Position numbers and translations under genes: made by a program. The notes beneath the pieces are model-generated. The model made no database searches. It saw nothing but the letters and a program-made list of their open reading frames with translations, and was not told the origin of the DNA. From Lingula anatina (Eukaryota; Animalia; Brachiopoda), in the NCBI GenBank assembly GCA_051362555.1, contig CM120647.1:11632651-11696650 (forward strand): a DNA stretch of 64,000 bases, read 5' to 3'. Each line of letters opens with the position of its first letter. Position 1 is the stretch's first letter. This document shows, in pieces, positions 22,910-36,936 of the stretch.

Positions 22910-25900
22910 TTAATCCCTAGGCGCCCACACACCGCCGTGGAGAGCGGGGTTAAGTGCCGGGTCTGGGTCACGTTGGAAAATAGTAGGTGGGGACATCTGG
23001 CGGATTTCTTCAAGACGATCCAGCATGCGCTTTACGATCTCCGGCTTTTTGTCCGACAGATCACATTCCTCCAGTGGGTCTCTCTTCATGTCATAAAGCC
23101 ACACATTCTTATCCAAGGGGACATTTTCTATTGCAGGGTCCAGACCAATTATAGGGATAAATAGGGGGGCGCCGTCTTCATAACCCAGAACGGCGGCTGG
23201 AATTAAATAAACACATATTAAAGTACAAGTGTTTGGACGAGATACATCTAATGTGGCCAGAAACGTAAAACAAACTGAAAATAAATTACTTATATTTTTT
23301 TATCGCTGGCACGTTGGAGCCGGCGAACTTTTAAGTCATACATGTAGTACCCACAAGAAGTTAACGGCCCTGCACTCACATTCAGAAATCAATCCAAACC
23401 AAAGACAGTGTTGCGAATAAACACAAGCGGTTTAAATATTAGGGAACGTTAACTGACGATTTTAATCTCTCTCTCTTTCTCTCTTGATCTCTCTCTCGGT
23501 ACCTGCTTGTCCTGTAATCAGTTTCCACTTTCCCCACCTCAGTGCTGCCCTCTGTGAGGTGTCAAATGTACCATTATAAAGAGGGGAGCCTCTGGGAACT
23601 AATTGGGTTGACGTGGAGGGCCAGATAAGCTCGTGTAAGAGTTCTTTTCTGGGATATCCGCTATGTACACCAGTGCTGGAAAAAGTAATCGTTACAAGAA
23701 AAATCGTCGAAAACTAAATATTTTAGTCACCGGATGATGGTGACTGACAGTCACAGAAATATTGGAGGTAAAGCCTACATATTTTAAAAGCTCTTGGTAA
23801 AAAGAAAAACAATAAGTTGAATTGATACATACAGAGCTAATGAAACTCCTCTCCCCTTTTTTATCGTTACTTTAAGGGATTTTTCCTCAATGATATGCCC
23901 TGTTTCCAGGTCATATCCAGGGTTTTGATTAAAGCGAGAGTAAATTCACAAAGATACATTTCCACTCTGATAATTGACGATTTGATATTATATCTTCTTC
24001 TGTTCATTTTGATATAAAGTCCTTTAGGAGGGCTTTTTTTCAATAAGACACAAGACACAGCTGGGGATGGAACGATTTCTTTGCTTCATTTTCTCGCCTC
24101 ACTTGTTTTACATTTTTTTCGGGGAGTGGGGTGGGGGTGAAAAGTGACGTGTTGTTCCCTCTCATCCCGGACCAGTTGTTACATACCTTATCAGCTTCCA
24201 AATATCAAAACCATCAAGTTTCAGCTGAGAGGCATCCAGGCCGGCTAAGCCAAGAAGTGTCGGATACCAATCCGTTATGGAGGCCAGCTGAGTCACCTTG
24301 CGGCGAGGTCTTCTCAGCAGTTTGGACGACACGAATGCCGGTACTTTTATCCCGCCTTCCCACAAAGAACCCTTGATCCCTTTAAGTGGTTCATTATTCC
24401 CACCAACAAGAGGGGCTCCGCCGTTATCTGAAATCAGGCATTCATGTAATGCTTTGTAGATGAGATACAACAAATAAACTTCAGAGTGTCAGTATACATT
24501 TACTGTACAACTTGAACAATTTACAGTATACATGTACTGCACAACTACAACGACTTGAACGCAGTGACACCAATGAGTGAAGAAAAAATGACGTCATCAG
24601 CCCAAATGGCGTCATTAATCAACTGAATTACCAAAGGACTTTTTACTGACACTGACGTTTTTATAATGTCTGGTGAGAATATTATGTATCTACATACCAG
24701 AAGAGAAAACGATCACTGTGTTGTCCAACATGCCGTTGTCTTCTAGTGCCTGGTGGATTTTTGAAACTGCAGCATCCAAAGCAGACACCATTGCTGTTGA
24801 AATTCAAAACAAAAACGATATGGCCATTGTCGGGATTCAATAAGAAAGATCATACAATTCCATAACACAGTAATACAATTTTTTTTTCAAATCAACATTG
24901 ATATGCAAAATCAAAGTAAAATGGAATTCACCAATCTCCAAAGAATTTCATCAGTTTGGTGGATGATAGTAGTATTACATGTAATAGGCCTACTCAAAAT
25001 CAAAGTAAAATGGAATTCACCAATGTTCAAAAAGTTTCACCAGTTTGGCGGATGATAGTAGTATTACATGTAATAGGCCTACTCTTTTGTCACTAACTGC
25101 AATGATTGCCCACATGAGAATGTCTACAAGTAAAGCGTGACAGTCAATGTATTTGAGAAACAAAAAGGCAGCGATTTTTGATTATTATTGATAATTGATT
25201 GATTACTGATCCGGATCACGACCAAAAACTAATCATCTCTTCCTTGGCCCACTTCTGACAGTTTCTAAAATTTCATCAAAATCGGTCCATAACTTTTTGA
25301 GTTTTGTTGATGAAAAACAAACAGATAAACAGGGGTGAAAACATAACCTCCTTGGCGGAGGTAAAAAGGAAGTTAAACATCAGAGTGGAAGAACAAAGGG
25401 AAGAAGCTGAAAAGGTATATGGAAGGAAAAAATTACACTAGAGATCAAAGGAAATAATCCACATAATAAAGGTGACCATCAGCCATCACGGACCACACAT
25501 CACACAGACAAAAAAAAAAAAAAAAAAAATCATGGACTGACAGAGTGCTTAAATCCTACAGAATAAAGTGACAGAAGAACCAGATGATTAAAGGGAAAGC
25601 CATCTTGATTAGAAAAACACTGCACAATCTTAACAAAGTCGAAGGCAGATACACTCTCTCTCATCTGTATGATGACCTCTCATTGTCGCAGCTGAGTCAC
25701 TTAAGGGTGGGGGGGGGGGGGGGGGCAAATACACAACGCATTCCATGTCACCCGGTGCATGATGAAAATGGCATTTGCTCCCTCAAAATATCTCATATGA
25801 GCTATATTTACAGCTTGTGACAAAAGAGTAATATTACTCATGGAATTCTCCGAATTTTCAAATATTTATTATATAATTATTTGCATATATTGAGACACAA

Positions 25901-28651
25901 AGGATAAACATTATTTAAACTACATGTAAAACATGTACATTGGTATAAGATTGTGGAGTCCTGATCAGCATTGTGTTTATTCCAAACTCTGCCTACCTAT
26001 TATACTGGATAATATTCGGGAAATATAAAATATATTTCATACTGTAACAAGTAATAGGCACCAGCTTATGGCTTTTGTGCAAGTAGTAAGATGAATATGT
26101 CAACATAAACAGTACAAATGTTTGGCCAACACAAACCTAGAAATGTTTTCCTTTTGCCATTTGGCATGACATCATAGAGAGCCTCAAATTTAGCAGGCAC
26201 CTGTAGTGGTTCGTGGGGAAGTTGGAAGGCCATGTATAAAAACAATGGCTGAAATACCAAGAAAATCGCGTAAACAAAATCACATGCGCTGTTGCCAGCG
26301 TGAACTCGAGACGATGATACACAGTGTTTGGCGGCCATTTTGAAATTTTGTTAGATATAATGGCAACTAAAGTTAGTTTCATTAACATTTACTGTTCATC
26401 AATAAAACATTTGTTATAGACACAATGTCAATTTGCATGCCAGAGATATGACACCAGCAGCAATTGCTAAAGATACTACTGTAGTAACACGAAATACGTA
26501 AAACACTTTTCGCTATTAAATATTCCAGTACCAATATATGTTAATATGTCATCTTTAATTATGTCTTAATACAGCTACAGTTTCCATGAAAAGCAAAACT
26601 AAAATGATTATACATTATACATCATCAACTTACATTGCTGGGGTCGTGTTTGTTGATGATATCCGTGGCTCGCTCCACATAGATGTCGGTAGCGTAGGTG
26701 CCATTTTTGGTAGGATCAGGACGTGTGTTGTTCCAGAAGTCAAGGCCACACACTCCAGTCCCGACACCACAGAACTGGTGGGTGTAGAAATCGCCTCTTC
26801 CATAATGCTTTCCTGAATAATAATAATAATAACATTTGCTTATGTTTAAAAGTTTAATTTCTGATATACTTATTAAAACAGGTATTTCGTTATCTAACCC
26901 ATCTTCCTCTACATTGTCACAGTTTCATTCTTGATATTCGTCATTGGTATTGATATTATTCCTGATGTACCACACATATGTCTATATTAAAACATCTCAT
27001 TTACCATACTTTCATAATAAATACGGTAACCCGCGAGGCTGTCAATAATTTTCATTCTTTTCTTCTCTAGTACATACACGTACACACTGGTTAGTGAAAT
27101 ATATCCACTGGTGGGTCTACGACTTTGCTAGGACCAAAGGAAGGACAGGCACAAATAAATATTTAGGCGAGCGAAGGCGCTCAAATACAAACAAATAAAT
27201 AAAATTAAATAGAAAAAAGACGAAGACTGTTTGACTTAAATGCGCGTATTTACTCGGGTCATTGCTGCTTTGGGGTGCCTTGTCTCCCTTGCTGACTTTT
27301 CTTGTGGTGATGGAGGGAGATCGGGTGCCTCCAAGGCTCACTGAGGAGGAAGAGTCATGGCTTATACTGCACAACTGGTTCCGTCTACGACATTACACAA
27401 TAGTAACGAGGACAGTTGACACATATACGTACCGTAAAATGAATCAAACCCTCTGTTTGTCGGCAGATAAGCCCTCTCGTAAGAACCCACGTGCCATTTT
27501 CCCACAATATGGCTGCTGTAGCCCCTCTCTTTCAGTTTCTGTGATATCAGAGTTTCACTCAGTGGCAAACCCTCCGCTTTACCAGCGAGGATGACATTGG
27601 ACAGTCCAGTCGTTGCCTGTTAATAGAATTAGATAGAGGAATAGCGTGATTCCTGACATTTCAATTCCAGATTTGGGGTTGAGGCTAGGATACTGAGCTT
27701 GCATGCATGTTTGATTAGTCACTCGGTGGTCAGTTATTATAGAGGCGCACTGTGGAAAATGCTTTCATGTTAGGAAAGGATGGACAATGTCAAATCCACA
27801 TATAATTATATTTGATTAATTGATTTCACAATTAAATTGCGTACTATAACACATGGCAACTGAGTTTCGGGTATGATCCAAGGATGATGTAACGTAAATA
27901 TTATTTTTAAATTAAAACTTAAAAGTTTCTCGACTGAAGGCAAGGCTTACAGACAATGCCTTGAAAGGAAATGCTGAGTGCTGAAATGAAACATTAGAAT
28001 GGAAAATTGTAGTTATCACGCAAATGACAATGCAACAAAGGCAAGTACCGTGTAAATATGTGATTGGTGCGAAAAAAGAGTTTAATATTATTGAATTTGT
28101 ATGTCCAGTCAGTCGGTGAATACATGCCCCAGCTCGTCTTCGTCACAGTAACAACATCATAAAGCAGTTCTGCATTAACCTACATGTAGCATGTAAAAAA
28201 AAAAAAATCATAACCATTAACCATCTCTACACACATACAAGCATACACAAGCGTACACACAAACGCACGCACACACACGCAAACTCACATACGCATGCAT
28301 ACACACTCGCACAACACACACACACACACACACACACACAACATTTACCGCATATCTCCCAGTCAGTAACTGGCCTCTACTTGGGGAACAAAAGCTCTGG
28401 GCGTAGTAATTCTCTAGCTTCACCCCCTCCGCCGCCAGACGATCGAGAGTCGGGGTCTTCACCTGGTCGTTATGGTAACCGATGTCGTTCCAGCCCAAGT
28501 CGTCTGCCAAGAAAAACACGATGTTCGGTGGTTTAACTGGACCAATAGGCGGGAGATTCCTGCTTTTTCCCTGACGGTATCTTTTGCCACTCAGGGAGCC
28601 ATGGAATTGTGACACAATTAGGATGACGGCGAGTATAATGTTATACAACAT
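22910..28651 (-). CDS. Arylsulfatase B-like sulfatase, copy 1 (524 aa, 8 coding exons)
   Basis: Exons 28651-28349, 27616-27433, 26812-26634, 26248-26137, 24793-24698, 24427-24187, 23675-23503, 23196-22910; all GT-AG and in phase (1575 nt). Signal peptide, [28 protein letters not shown] (formylglycine motif), [25 protein letters not shown]. Confidence 0.95.
24908..25083 (+). repeat. 88-bp direct tandem duplication in an intron
   Basis: aaaatcaaagtaaaatggaattcaccaat...gtaataggcctactc occurs twice. Confidence 0.85.
25200..25364 (+). mobile_element. Helentron-associated (HINE/DINE-like) non-autonomous repeat
   Basis: acaaacag microsatellite-like tract followed by the 3' stem-loop acctccttggcggaggt. 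Confidence 0.55.
25365..25800 (+). mobile_element. Degenerate Penelope-like element 3' end (GIY-YIG C-terminus)
   Basis: Fragments read SAITDH...IMD...[27 protein letters not shown], like the EAIxIR...NRDEG.Y.LSH.YD end of Penelope endonucleases. Confidence 0.6.
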
Positions 28652-28860
28652 GTTCTACCTAATTGAAGACAAAACAAAAAAAGTAGTGGATAAGAATGTG
28701 AATAACGAGAAAAAGAAGTTGTGCATATGCAAATCCACTTAGTTTGAAGTTAGATCAGAATTAGACCACTGTTGTGGGTGCTCAGTATGGAGTATTACTC
28801 AGGACTATTGCTGTGATAAAAACAAAAGCAAATTTTTTGACTGTTACTGTCTTATTGTAG

Positions 28861-29115
28861 AACTATAAATATTTTGATGCATCTAGAAAGATCTACATAA
28901 TAGTTGTTGAATACAGTCCGAGCTTTCGGCCCCTGGGCCTTCTTCAGGGAATATCTATGATATTCTGTTGACGGAATATCTATGATATTCCCTGAAGAAG
29001 GCCCAGGGGCCGAAAGCTCGGACTGTATTCAACAGCTATTATGTAGATCTTTCTAGATGCATCAAAATATTTATAGTTCTATTATTACCAAGATCTATAC
29101 GGTGAATCAACATGA
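28861..29115. mobile_element. Penelope-type insertion: inverted pLTR palindrome with a 13-bp TSD
   Basis: ~105-bp near-perfect inverted arms (28858-29081), flanked by the direct repeat tgtcttattgtag at 28848-28860 and 29116-29128. Confidence 0.75.
28985..29022 (+). ncRNA. Minimal hammerhead-ribozyme-like core (mirror copy on the minus strand at ~28917-28954)
   Basis: CTGAAGA-a-ggcc-cagg-ggcc-GAAA-gctc matches the CUGANGA/stem II/GAAA core typical of Penelope pLTRs. Confidence 0.6.
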
Positions 29116-29390
29116 TGTCTTATTGTAGGTCACGTTTGTAACGAAATCAAGGCACTTGAGGTTTCGTGACAATAACCACTAAGAAACAATGCACCTCAGT
29201 CCAAAACAAATTGAACTCCCAACGACCCTATGTCTTCTTCCTGACTAACACGTATGAACCTCAATGATACCAGTAGCACTAACCCAACCGACTATTCTCA
29301 TAAACACTTTTTGATTTTTGATTATAAATTGTAAAATATATACCATGCCTGCTTTTCAGTATGAAGACAGTAACGTTGACCATAGTTTAC

Positions 29391-29545
29391 CTGCATCTAG
29401 CTGTGGATAATCGGAACTCCCTGAATTTAATGAACGATTTCAGCTGTCGGTCACTGTAGGGTGGTGCAGCTGTGACATGTGAAGTGTGACGTCACTGTTG
29501 ACGGAATCACGTGATATTCTCAATATACGTGTGGAATCACGTGAC
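29391..29545 (-). promoter_or_regulatory. Candidate non-coding first exon and promoter of ARS1 with CRE and two CLEAR-like E-boxes
   Basis: Minus-strand donor cag|gtaaac at 29391/29390; GTGACGTCAC ~29486; ATCACGTGAT ~29506; ATCACGTGAC ~29536. Confidence 0.55.
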
Positions 29546-29761
29546 ATTCTCAATATACTTTATACTAGCGGGGACCAACAGTTACGGTATGTTGTATACT
29601 GCTACAGGAACATTCAGTTAATATATTGTAAATAAATATCATTTGCCAGTCTTTAATGTTATTTTATTACATGTGAAACGACGGATAATTTTCATGCAGG
29701 TTTGAAACAAATAAAGAAAAGAAAGAAATAGTTGAAAGAAACAAATACTGAAAACCACTCA

Positions 29762-30015
29762 GGGCCTATTTTCACAGATACCATCGGTCTACGTGGATCG
29801 ACCCCTTCTCTGCGTGGACTCTTGCTGACTGCAATCAGCTTAACTGAATGGCACCTCTATTCTTAAAATTAAAACGTGTTATGATACAAGAACGTCGGAA
29901 ACAAGAAGAGGTGCGTCATTCTCTTGAGCTACATGTATTTGCAATTAGCGAGAGTTCCCGCAAAGTTGGGTAAATTAAATCCACGTTAACGGGTGGTGTC
30001 TATGGGAATAGGGTC
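29762..30015. mobile_element. Palindromic MITE downstream of arylsulfatase 2
   Basis: Homologous to 22209-22465; ends ggtgtctatgggaatagggtc. Confidence 0.65.
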
Positions 30016-30099
30016 TAAAGCTTTTTCGAAATCCAACACATCATAAAAGACAAATTTAAAACGGGCATTTTTATTTAAGTTACATTTAGGGTATTACAT

Positions 30100-30137
<38 letters not shown>

Positions 30138-30266
30138 CTTCAGTTGCGGTTGGGTTACTTGATCATTTTATTGCTTTTCGGATAATATTTAACTGACTGA
30201 TCCAAAGAATGAAATAATCATTGAGTCGTATCATTGAGAAAAAGTTATTTAAAACATTGATAACAT

Positions 30267-31039
30267 TTAATCCCTAGGCGCCCATACGCCGCCGTGGAGG
30301 GCCGGGTTAAGTGCCGGGTCTGGGTCATGTTGGAAAATAGTAGGTGGCGACATCTGGCGGATTTCTTCTAGACGATCCAGCATGCGTTTTACGATCTCCG
30401 GCTTTGTGTCCGACAGATCACATAACTCCAGCGGGTCTCTCTTCATGTCATAAAGCCACACGTTCTTATCCAAGGGGACATTTTCTATTGCTGGGTCCAG
30501 ACCAATTATAGGGATAAAGAGGGGGACGCCGTCTTCATAACCCAGAATAGCGGCTGCAATAAAAAAGTAGAAGCATTTTTGAGGAAGTATATTTTATGTG
30601 GCCATAAAAAAATGAAGAAATAACAAATAGTTTTATATCCCGAGCAATATAGTGCCAGCGAAATTGTTACAGCCATACGACGACCCGAGTTAGTTAGTTC
30701 ATTTTTCTGTACACAAACGGTTGAATATTACACAATTTTAACTGACGAGTTTTTTTCTCTCTCCCTCTTTCGGTACCTGCTTGTCCTGTAATCAGTTTCC
30801 ACTTCCCCCACCTTAGTGCTGCCCTCTGGGAGGTGTCAAATGTACCATTATAAAGAGGGGAGCCTCGGGGAACTAATCGGGATGACGTGGAGGGCCAGAT
30901 AAGCTCGTGTAAGAGTTCTTTTCTCTGTTGTCCGCCATGCCCGCCCGTGCTGCAAAAAGGTGATCGTAAAAAGAAAAAAAACAAATATTATTCCCTTTCT
31001 TTAAAATATCCTGCTATCACCAAGGTTTTTCATTGGTGT

Positions 31040-31070
<31 letters not shown>

Positions 31071-31525
31071 TCCAAAAGATACATTTCTAATCCTTTAATT
31101 TTGAAATAATATCTTGGTTATTATAAATTTAATATAAAGTCGTAAACGAGAGGATTTTTACCGGAAGGCATAAAACACAAATTACTGGAAGGCATAAAAC
31201 ACAATTTTTCACAAGAGAGGGGAAAGGTACCAGTCGTTGCACACCTTATCAGCTTCCAAATATCAAAACCATCCAGTTTCAGCTGAGAGTTATCAAGGCC
31301 GGCTAAGCCAAGAAATGTCGGATACCAATCCGTGATTGAAATTAACTGAGTCACCTTGCGTCGAGGTCTCCTCAGCAGTTTGGACCACACGAATGCCGGC
31401 ACTTTTATCCCGCCTTCCCACAAAGAACCCTTGATCCCTTTCAGTGCTGCGTTATTCCCACCAACAACAGGGGCTCCGCCGTTATCTGAAATTAAACATC
31501 CATTTACAGGCCCCATGCAGGTTCA

Positions 31526-31611
<86 letters not shown>

Positions 31612-34600
31612 TAAGTCAGTTCCGTGGCTTAGTTGACTAGGATTTCCAAGAGATTGCTGGTATACTGCTCCTGATAGGGCAAGATGTGCCCGGGTGACCG
31701 TGTAACTTTGGAAATCAAGTTCTTAACAAGGAAACCTGAATTAAGTTTTTTTTTTGTGAAACCGGGCCCACTTTGTAGACGAGACACAAGATGTAAACAC
31801 ACGTACATACATGTCTCGTCTGCTGAGTGATTTGTTGCAGAAACCCAATGTTCTGAGGCTGGAGAAACCATCTTTGAGCCCTGATAATAAACCTACCTGC
31901 CACCCGTGGCATGAATTGACCAGAAGTGAACCAAACTCCAAATAGTCCGGACCAATTCCGCCAAGCTTTTAAGGAAACATGAGACAATATCCCACAAAAC
32001 AGAATTAATTGTTATCCTTGTTGAAGGCAGCAACGCCGTCTACATGAGGTAATTAGAGTATACGGTAAACACACATGCTAATAAACAATTGACCTTAAAC
32101 GAGCACACCCTAATGCTAAATGTGAGTAAATTTGGTGACATTTGGTGGTGTCTTTTCAATTTAATGGGCATTTCTTTTACCTCTGTGGAAATGACAGTGG
32201 ACTATCGGATTTGAGCTGGTACATGTAATAAATGTGAATACATGGTATTAAATATTGATATCTCTAGTTTGTATTTTCTGTACCACTAATCATGTTAGTT
32301 ATGGTATCTGGAATGAAAATCACCATTCATAGCAATTAACTCCTGTGATGTGATCATTTATAAATAAAAGCATATGGAATTGGGGGTGGGACAACCTTTT
32401 TGACCAATGATATACCAGAAACAACATCACAATTGGCACATGGAACGTAAGAACATTGCAGGCGACAGGAAAGGTGGAACAACTCACACATGAGATGGAA
32501 AGGTATCGCTGGAACATTCTTGGACTATGCAAAGTACGATATAAGAATTTTGGCGAAACTTCAACACAAGAGGGCCACAAATTGTACTTCAGCGGACGTG
32601 AAGACAAACATCTGCAGGGCGTTGTGTTTCTTGTTCATAAAGACATCAAGAGCATTGTGATGGGCTGCAGGCCTATATCCGGCAGACTCATTTCTATCCG
32701 TTTGAATGCAACCCCGTTCAACATCACCATTTTTCAGGCTTATGCCCCAACGTTCAACTATGACGTCCGACTAAGTCTTGGACCAGACCCCAAAGAAGGA
32801 CATTGTCGTTTTGCAGGGGGATTGGAATGCCAGAGTAGGTGAGGATGCTTGTGAGAACTGGAAGGGTGTCTGTGGCAAGTACTGCAATCCCTCTTCGAAT
32901 GAAAGAGGCCTCAGGCTCTTGGAATTTGCCTGCTACAACGACCTCGTTCTAACTAACACATTTGGCCAACATAGGGCATCCAAAAGATGGACTTGGCACC
33001 ACCAAAACAGGCAACACCACACTCAGATTGACTACATCATGGTGAAAAGGCGCTTTCAATCCAGTGTAAGCAGTGCCAAGACACGGACGTACCCAGGAGC
33101 CGACATTGGAAGCGACCATGACCTTGTGTTGATGACTTTTCGCCTCCACCTCAAAAAAGTCAACAAGCAAGGTTACATTAGGATGAAGTTTGACCTCGAA
33201 AAATTGAAAGATCAGAATGTGGCAGAAGCCTTCCAAGCAACGATAGGAGGGAAGTTTGCAGCACTTGCTTTGATTGATGCTGACAGCAACTCAGACATGG
33301 ACACGTTGACCAACGACTTCAACACTGCAGTGACTGAAACTGCCTATGAGATCCTTGGCAAGCACCGTCCCATCAAGAAACCCTGGGTCACAGCTAAAGT
33401 TCTTGAGCGATGTGACAAGAGGAGAGAACTGAAAAAGAGAAGAAACGAGACAGAAGGCGCAAAGCAATATAAAGCTGTAAACCGAGAGATCAAAGACAGT
33501 GTGAAGACAGCAAAAGAAATCTGGATTGGTGAGCAATGCCAAGACATTGAAGACAGTCTGAAAAGGAACAACAGCAAGCAGGCATATCAGACTGTAAAAG
33601 ACCTCACAAGCACCAAACAAGGGAGAAGTACGACCATCCAGGACAAGCAGGGGAACTGTTTAACAGAAGAACATGACAAGCTGGGAGATTGACAGAATAC
33701 TGCAAAGAGTAATAAAACCACAGTACTATAGGAGATCCAGATGTACTGAATGTCCCTCCCTGATCCAACACTGAGAGTGACCCCATCCTTCGAGAAGAAG
33801 TAGTAGCAGCAGTTATTAAAGCCCTGAAGAAAGGGAAGTCTGCTAGAGTGGACAATGTCCCAGGGGAGCTAGTACAAGCAGGAGGAAGAGCCGTGATTGA
33901 TGCCCTCACCACAATTTGCAAAAAAAATCTGGCAGACAGGAGAGTGGCCTACAGCATGGACCCAATCTCCGGTCATAACCCTCCCCAAGAAAGGCAACCT
34001 ACAGCAATGCCAGAACTATCGCACCCTCAGCCTGATATGCCACCCAAGCAAAGTGATGTTGAGGATCATACTAAACATACTGAAGCCACAAGCGGAGAAC
34101 ATCATCGCAGAAGAACAGGCTGGATTCAGGGCTGGACGAAGCACAACAGAGCAGATCCTCAACCTCAGAATACTGTGTGAGAAATATCTCCAACACCAGC
34201 AAGACCTCTACCACGTCTTTGTGGATTTTAAAAATTATTTGACGGAGTCTGGCACGCAGCCCTCTGGGCAACCATGAGACTGTACAACATCAATGCCAAC
34301 TTGATCAAGGTTATAGAGAGCCTGTATAATAAGGCCAGCAGTGCAGTCTTCCTGAATGGCAGTATAGGGGAATGGTTTAGGACATTAGTAGGAGTCAGAC
34401 AAGGATGTTTGCTTTCAACCACCCTCTTCAACATCTTCCTTGAGAGAATCATGACAGTCGCACTGGAACATCATGACGGAACTGTCAGCATTGGAGGCAG
34501 GACAATCACTAACCTGCGGTTTGCCGATGACATTGACGGAATAGCCAGGGAAGAAGAGGAACTGGTGGACCCCGTAGCAAACCTAGACAAGATATCAGCA

Positions 34601-35594
34601 GCATTTGGTATGGAGTTCAGTGCAGAGAAGACCAAACTGATGACAAACAGCAGTAATGGCATCAGCACTGACATCAAAGTGAGAGGAGAGAAACTTGAAG
34701 TGGTCAATAAGTTCAAGTATCTTGGGTCAGTCGTATCAGATAAAGGATCAAAACCAGAAATCCTGACAAGGATAGCACAAACAACAACAGCGATGAACAA
34801 ACTGAAGACCATCTGGAATGACAGGAGCATTACACTCAACTCAAAAATCAGACTAATGCGCGCCCTGGTGATCTCCATATTCCTGTATGCATGCGAGTCA
34901 TGGACACTGACAGCTGAGCTGGAAAAGAAGATAAAAGCTACAGAGATGAGATGCTTCAGAAAGATCCTTGGAATCACGTACAGAGACCACATCACCAATG
35001 AAGAAGTAGAGAACAGAATCAAGCAAGCCATTGGTCCATATGAAGATCTTTTGTCCATTGTGAAAAAACGGAAACTGAAGTGGTACGGCCATGTTTCACG
35101 ATCATCAGGACTCACCAAGACAATCCTACAAGGCACAGTGCAAGGAGGCAGAAGAAGAGGCAGACAGAGGAAAAGATGGAAAGATAACATCCGCGAGTGG
35201 ACAGGCTTGCCACTCAATGAGGCTATGAGAAGGACGGATGATCGAGATGGATGGAGAGCACCGGTTGCCAGTTCGTCTGTTGTGTCCCTACGGTCGTCAG
35301 ACTATGGGACAAATAGATAGAGAGATAGATTGTAGGTTGCTTACTGTAGCGACAACTCGGAATATTCACAACTATGCGTCCAGAACAGAAATGACATCAC
35401 GAATCGACTAGTTTACCAGAAGTCGTGTCTGACTCGTCGTGACAGCAAGCCTATATCTGGGAACGTGTCTGTCATCTTATCAAATTCCGTTTAAAGTTTA
35501 CGTGATGTAGTAGCGTCAAATTAACATAAATTTACCTTTATTCAAGCTAAATCAATATTAGTAAGGAAATCAGTAATTTCACTTTGAAGGAATT

Positions 35595-35639
<45 letters not shown>

Positions 35640-36897
35640 GCGCAGTCGGATGTGCGATCTTCAGGCGAATTTTCTATCTACATACCAGAAGAGAAAACGA
35701 TCACCGTGTTGTCCAACATGCCGTTGTCTTCTAGTGCCTGGTGGATTTTTGCAACTGCAGCATCCAAAGCAGACACCATTGCTGTTGAAATGAAAAAGGA
35801 TTATGAAGTGTGCGAAGAGATCATTTAATTTCTTTAACCAGAAATAAAACAAAATTTGTTGAATTAAATCCGATTTGCAAAAACAATCAAATATGGAATT
35901 CACCAAATTCAAAATTCACAATTACCTGATTGAATTCATTCACGACGAATAAACCTAATTTTTATAAGAGCAGATTATTAGTGTAAGATTGTGGTGTCCA
36001 GTTCAGTATTTTGTTATAACATATTTAAAATTCCAAACTCGTCTACTTCTTTTTCTAAATTAAATCGGTATGTGAAATGTGAAAGATATTTCACAGTGTA
36101 ACAAAAATGTATGTATATGTCCCTTGAAGAAGTCCTCACTGATGTGAGATGTATATGTCAACATAAAACCAAGTGATTTCCTGACAAATAAAAATAGACA
36201 AACACGAACCTAGATACGTTTTCCTCTTGCCATTTGGCATGTTATCATAAAGACCCTCAAATTCAGCGGGCACCTGCAGTGGCTCATGTGGAAGTTGGAA
36301 GGCCATGTAAAGAAACAATGGCTGAAATACCAATAAAATCATGTGAACAACAAAATCACTTGCGCAATAAATAGCATGAACTCACGGACACGATGATACA
36401 CAGATATATTGACAACTAGCTTCATTTTCATTTGATTGCCATCAATATTTTTTTTCACACAAAATATAGAAAAATCACATGCTCACGTCAGAGATAAGAC
36501 GATAGCAACAATTGCAAAAACTGGTACGAAATACGAAATTTTTAAGTACCTTTCATTATTGAACACTCCTAAAGCATTATTGATTCATCAACTTTAATTA
36601 TGACTAGGTAGCATATACGCGTAAATACTCTGTTTACATTTAAAATATACACAGTTATGTATGTATTTTCCATAAAAAAAGAAAAAAAATCATCAGCTTA
36701 CATTGGAGGGGTTGTGTTTGTTGATGATATCAATGGCTTGCTCCACATAGATGTCGGTAGCATAGGTGTCATTCTTCGTGGAATCAGGACGGGTGTTGTT
36801 CCAAAAGTCAAGGCCGCATACTCCAAATACGACATCACAGCGCTGGTGCGTGTAGTAATCGCATCTGCCATGCTGGATCCCTGTTTAATGATAATAA

Positions 36898-36936
<39 letters not shown>

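Noticed and set aside
34471-35217. 248-aa minus-strand ORF
   Set aside because: Antisense shadow of the LINE RT coding region.
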